Below, piece after piece: positions 61,154 through 64,000 of a stretch of DNA of 64,000 nt. The translations under genes were made by a program, and so were the position numbers. Each line of letters opens with the position of its first letter. Positions within the stretch are counted from its first letter, which is position 1. Under the pieces are notes generated by a model. It was not told the DNA's origin. It saw nothing but the letters and a program-made list of their open reading frames with translations, and ran no database searches. Origin of the DNA: Candidatus Lloydbacteria bacterium RIFCSPHIGHO2_02_FULL_50_18 (GTDB lineage: Bacteria; Patescibacteriota; Minisyncoccia; Phycocordibacterales; UBA6899); NCBI GenBank assembly GCA_001821395.1, contig MHLM01000012.1, positions 32,001-96,000 of the forward strand, written 5' to 3'.

Positions 61154-61296
61154 AAAAGGTATTAAACCCCAGGGCAAGCCCTGGGCTCGCGATGGGCTCG
61201 CAAAGCCTCGCGCGAGTCTAGGGCTGTGCCGCAGGGTATTAAACCTTTTTTAGCTCTCCTCGGCACCACGGAGAGTACTTCATTTTTTTATGTTCA
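61154..61296 (-). repeat. Repeat element B, the inverted copy of 19764-19899
   Basis: Reverse complement is about 97% identical to element A; a partial terminal copy lies at 61381-61397. Confidence 0.85.
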
Positions 61297-61343
61297 GAAT
61301 ATTATCTTAACCTATGCTATAGCATAGGTTAAGATAATATTCT
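61296..61343. repeat. 48-bp perfect palindrome (AGAATATTATCTTAACCTATGCTA | TAGCATAGGTTAAGATAATATTCT)
   Basis: Checked base by base: 24-nt arms with no spacer. Confidence 0.9.
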
Positions 61344-61494
61344 TGATGTAGATATACATGTGTACACTTTTTTAATCGCACCACGAGAGTACTTCCATTC
61401 TTCTAAGGTGGAGTACCACCAAGAAGAATTGGTCGCTCGATGAAATCGCTCTACATCGGCAATAAAAAAACGAACCCGAGGGTTCGTTTTGTCT

Positions 61495-62235
61495 TCATTC
61501 AGTGTGCTGGCGCATTTTTCGCGCTTCGGCAACAAGTCGCTCGAGCGTGTCCGTTGCGATATGGTTTACCATCTCCGATTCAGTCATTGTGGTCGTATCG
61601 ATGAGTTGGATCTGCGGATATTTCGGCGAAAGTTCTTCATGCATCGTCCGATAGCGGTCCACGAGTTTGCGGATCGACGCGGGGTTCGATGTCTCACCGA
61701 GCTTGTCCGAGAGTGCGATACGTTGTCCGCGGCGCATTGCTTCTTCAGGTTCACATACCACGACATAGGAGGCGATGATACGGTCTACCCAAAAACGCAG
61801 CAGGAAGAATTGCTGGATGAGTTCACGCTCTTCACCGGAGAGCAGTCCCTTGTCTTGCCAGTACATCATCCACGCGTACGGGTCAAAGATCGAACGATCA
61901 AAGATCACCACATCGTAAGCATGACCATGTGTGTAGTCGATGACCATCTCGAGCGCATAGAGTGCGGTGCGGATGTTGTATTCCGGAGTCGTACGCGGAA
62001 TATGTCCGATTACTTCGGCGCCTTCTTGCGGAATGTGCACGCGCAATCCTCTGCGTTTCAAGAATTTATAAAGTTCCTTGATGCAGGTCGTTTTTCCCGA
62101 ATCCGGAGAACCGGTGAATTCGATAAGGAATGGGCGTGGCAAGAATGTACCTCCGTAACGCACGTCCGTTCGCAGGTATCCGTGCAGCATGTCCGCCATG
62201 AGTTCGAGGCGGGCAATGTCGATGGTTTTTGACAT
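61495..62235 (-). CDS. Deoxynucleoside-kinase-like P-loop kinase
   Basis: Walker A FTGSPDSGKTT and a DRS motif (VVIFDRSIFD) typical of the dNK/dCK/TMPK fold; followed by a terminator on the minus strand at about 61460-61493. Confidence 0.5.
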   Translation of the reverse strand: MSKTIDIARLELMADMLHGYLRTDVRYGGTFLPRPFLIEFTGSPDSGKTTCIKELYKFLKRRGLRVHIPQEGAEVIGHIPRTTPEYNIRTALYALEMVIDYTHGHAYDVVIFDRSIFDPYAWMMYWQDKGLLSGEERELIQQFFLLRFWVDRIIASYVVVCEPEEAMRRGQRIALSDKLGETSNPASIRKLVDRYRTMHEELSPKYPQIQLIDTTTMTESEMVNHIATDTLERLVAEARKMRQHTE

Positions 62236-62288
62236 GAAATACTCTCTTTCTTTTGAAAAAGTACCAAGCTGTGTTTTACTATACCTGA

Positions 62289-62882
62289 ATGATGCTCAAA
62301 AATAATACTATACAAACAGGGCCCCGTATTGTGGGCTTTGACATGGATGGGGTGATCATCAACCATGCTCCGAATAAGATCATGCTTGCAAAGCGTTATG
62401 CCGTAACACTGCGTCCCGAGGAGACGCACTCGGAACTCCTGCCCGGCAAATTCCCCCGCGAGGAGTATCTTGCCTTCCAGAATATGCTTTATGGTAATTC
62501 GGATTTTGCGCTTTCGGCACCGCTCATGCTCGGTGCATTCGATGTTTTGCACGAGATGAAAGATCGTGGCATCCCCTTCGTGCTGATATCCCGCCGCAGG
62601 GAACCCGAAAATGCCATCAGACTTCTTAAGGAGCGCAAATTGTGGGGCGACTTTTTTACCGAAGCAAATGCTTTTTTTGTCGGCACACCGGAAGAAAAGA
62701 ATGTCGCAAGCGTACGAGAGGGCGTCACTCATTTCTTTGATGATGAGCGTAAGGTGTTGCGCGCCATACCGGACGTGAAAAGGAGATTTCTCTTTGATTC
62801 ACTTCGCCAATTCAATGATGAAGATGAGTTTGAGCGTGTATTTGATTGGAAAATGCTCCGTCAGATCGTTTTTGAGGAATAG
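62289..62882 (+). CDS. HAD-superfamily 5'(3')-deoxyribonucleotidase-like hydrolase
   Basis: N-terminal FDMDGVI (DxDGV motif I), a K in the middle region and a late DD (FFDDE). Confidence 0.5.
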   Translation: MMLKNNTIQTGPRIVGFDMDGVIINHAPNKIMLAKRYAVTLRPEETHSELLPGKFPREEYLAFQNMLYGNSDFALSAPLMLGAFDVLHEMKDRGIPFVLISRRREPENAIRLLKERKLWGDFFTEANAFFVGTPEEKNVASVREGVTHFFDDERKVLRAIPDVKRRFLFDSLRQFNDEDEFERVFDWKMLRQIVFEE

Positions 62883-62956
62883 GACAAAACGCGGAAGGTG
62901 CATAAGTCGCTTTGAAGGCTGCGGGGGTCTGATACGATGAAGATGAGGAACCTCTT

Positions 62957-63544
62957 ATGACCATTATGCACGAAGAAGGAATAGTCCTTGGGTTTGATCT
63001 CGACGGGGTCATCATCGACCACACGCAAAATAAAATGCTGATCGCTTCGCGCTACGGTATTGAATTAAGTCCAAAAGATACTCACGCCGAGCACATGGGT
63101 ACGCATTTTACTCCTGAACTCTATCGCGTGATCAAATCCCAGCTTTATGATTCAACTGCGCTCGCGCTCGAGGCTCCTTTGATGGCGGGAGCTTTCGCGA
63201 CATTGGCAAAACTCCGCGAACAAGGGATCCCATATTTCCTCGTTTCGCTTCAGAAGAATCCCATGCATGCTGCGCATTTGCTCGAAGAGCGGGGTTTGTG
63301 GGGTACGTACTTCACTCCCGAGAATACGTTATTCGCACGGAATGCTGATGAAAAGCATGCACTCGCGGCGCAGATCGGTGTCACCCACTTCATTGATGAT
63401 GAACCAAATATCCTCGACGTGATGATCTCGATCCCGAACCGTATATTATTTGATGCGCGCGGACTGTTTCCCGAAAAAACTGACTATTGCCATGTAGAGA
63501 GCTGGAGTGAGCTTGCTGAAACACTGGGAATGGCGAATCGTTAG
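62957..63544 (+). CDS. HAD-superfamily 5'(3')-deoxyribonucleotidase-like hydrolase, a tandem paralog of 62289-62882
   Basis: FDLDGVIIDH motif I and FIDDE; collinear similarity of roughly 40% to the upstream gene. Confidence 0.5.
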   Translation: MTIMHEEGIVLGFDLDGVIIDHTQNKMLIASRYGIELSPKDTHAEHMGTHFTPELYRVIKSQLYDSTALALEAPLMAGAFATLAKLREQGIPYFLVSLQKNPMHAAHLLEERGLWGTYFTPENTLFARNADEKHALAAQIGVTHFIDDEPNILDVMISIPNRILFDARGLFPEKTDYCHVESWSELAETLGMANR

Positions 63545-63654
63545 CCTCGTACCAGTATCTCAGGTTCATTTTTGCGCTTTGTGGATTTTATGTTATGTTT
63601 TTTCATACGCTGTGAATACCGCGCGTAAGTTCTTTTGAATAAAGGAGTTCGAGT

Positions 63655-63966
63655 ATGACTGAGGCATTGCCTTCTTGTCGGGACATGCTGTGTGACGCGT
63701 TTGTCCGTGAATTTGATGAATTGCCGACAGATTCGATCTGGCTGGTAAGCAAGATAGGTTCCGAATTCGCGCTGTCCTCCGCGACGTCGATCGCTTTTAA
63801 GGAGTGGCTTCGACAACATCAGGGATTTTTCAGTAAATTTCCCCGCAGATATTGTGACTGGAAACGGAGCGATGTGCTGCGGTCGTCAAAGATCATCTCC
63901 GCTTACCGATCGACTTTTTACGTATACATCCTGCCCGATGAGCTAAAGACTTTTCCGGAGTCATGA
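63655..63966 (+). CDS. Hypothetical protein (103 aa)
   Basis: AAGGAG ribosome-binding site 7 nt upstream of the ATG. Confidence 0.45.
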   Translation: MTEALPSCRDMLCDAFVREFDELPTDSIWLVSKIGSEFALSSATSIAFKEWLRQHQGFFSKFPRRYCDWKRSDVLRSSKIISAYRSTFYVYILPDELKTFPES

Positions 63967-64000
63967 GCATTCCCCGTACCTTTTTGTGTTTCAACACCGA

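Noticed and set aside
63541-63819. 92-aa minus-strand ORF
   Set aside because: It overlaps the better-supported plus-strand gene (AAGGAG ribosome-binding site) and has Arg/Lys-rich low-complexity composition.

Overview
This is a gene-dense bacterial chromosomal segment of about 48% GC, read in the standard genetic code with no sign of stop-codon recoding. Mostly housekeeping genes alternate with accessory and repeat-rich regions. Gene content and compactness suggest, without proving, a Patescibacteria/CPR-like or other small-genome bacterium.

Main content:
- **Left end, about 1-3.4 kb:** a repeat-rich region with two copies of a roughly 95-nt structured element, a tandem 81/87-bp repeat carrying terminator hairpins, two perfect inverted DnaA boxes in an AT-rich tract, and a cluster of TTTCACGTGAAA palindromes around yraN. 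An intact tRNA-Pro(UGG) lies next to an upstream partial tRNA copy and a downstream repeat of its 3' end.
- **About 3.5-8.4 kb:** a six-gene chemotaxis operon, cheW-cheY-cheB-cheA-cheC-cheD, with no MCP or CheR in the window.
- **About 8.5-23.4 kb:** housekeeping genes (nth, phosphomannomutase, tRNA-Gly, hup, rny, clpP, an amidotransferase, tig, H+-pyrophosphatase, nusA).
- **About 24-35.5 kb:** a type IV pilus locus (pilB, a MazG-like gene, pilC, three short pilins and four large pilin-like proteins). It is followed by tpiA, pgk, a transsulfuration PLP enzyme, a HIT protein, recJ and an RNase HI with a C-terminal hybrid-binding domain.
- **About 42.5-52.1 kb:** a ComEC channel gene that lacks its metallo-beta-lactamase domain, with a separate beta-lactamase-fold gene 7 kb away. 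Between them lie DedA, a MotA/ExbB-ExbD-like three-gene module, an HtrA-like lipoprotein protease, SppA, a histidine phosphatase and prs.
- **About 53-59.1 kb:** rpmB, an M50 protease, and an rpsL-rpsG-fusA operon interrupted by a 1.75-kb insert carrying three hypothetical genes, two of them an overlapping 116/70-aa pair on the opposite strand.
- **About 59.2-64 kb:** two acidic coiled-coil proteins, a deoxynucleoside-kinase-like P-loop protein divergent from two tandem 5'-nucleotidase-like hydrolase paralogs, and a final hypothetical gene.

The most notable non-genic features are a pair of about 140-bp repeats in inverted orientation 41 kb apart (about 19.76 kb and 61.2 kb), a 48-bp perfect palindrome at 61.3 kb, and a promoter-terminator-bounded candidate small RNA plus an unannotated 34-aa membrane ORF between hup and rny.

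No CRISPR array, transposase or integrase is present in the window.
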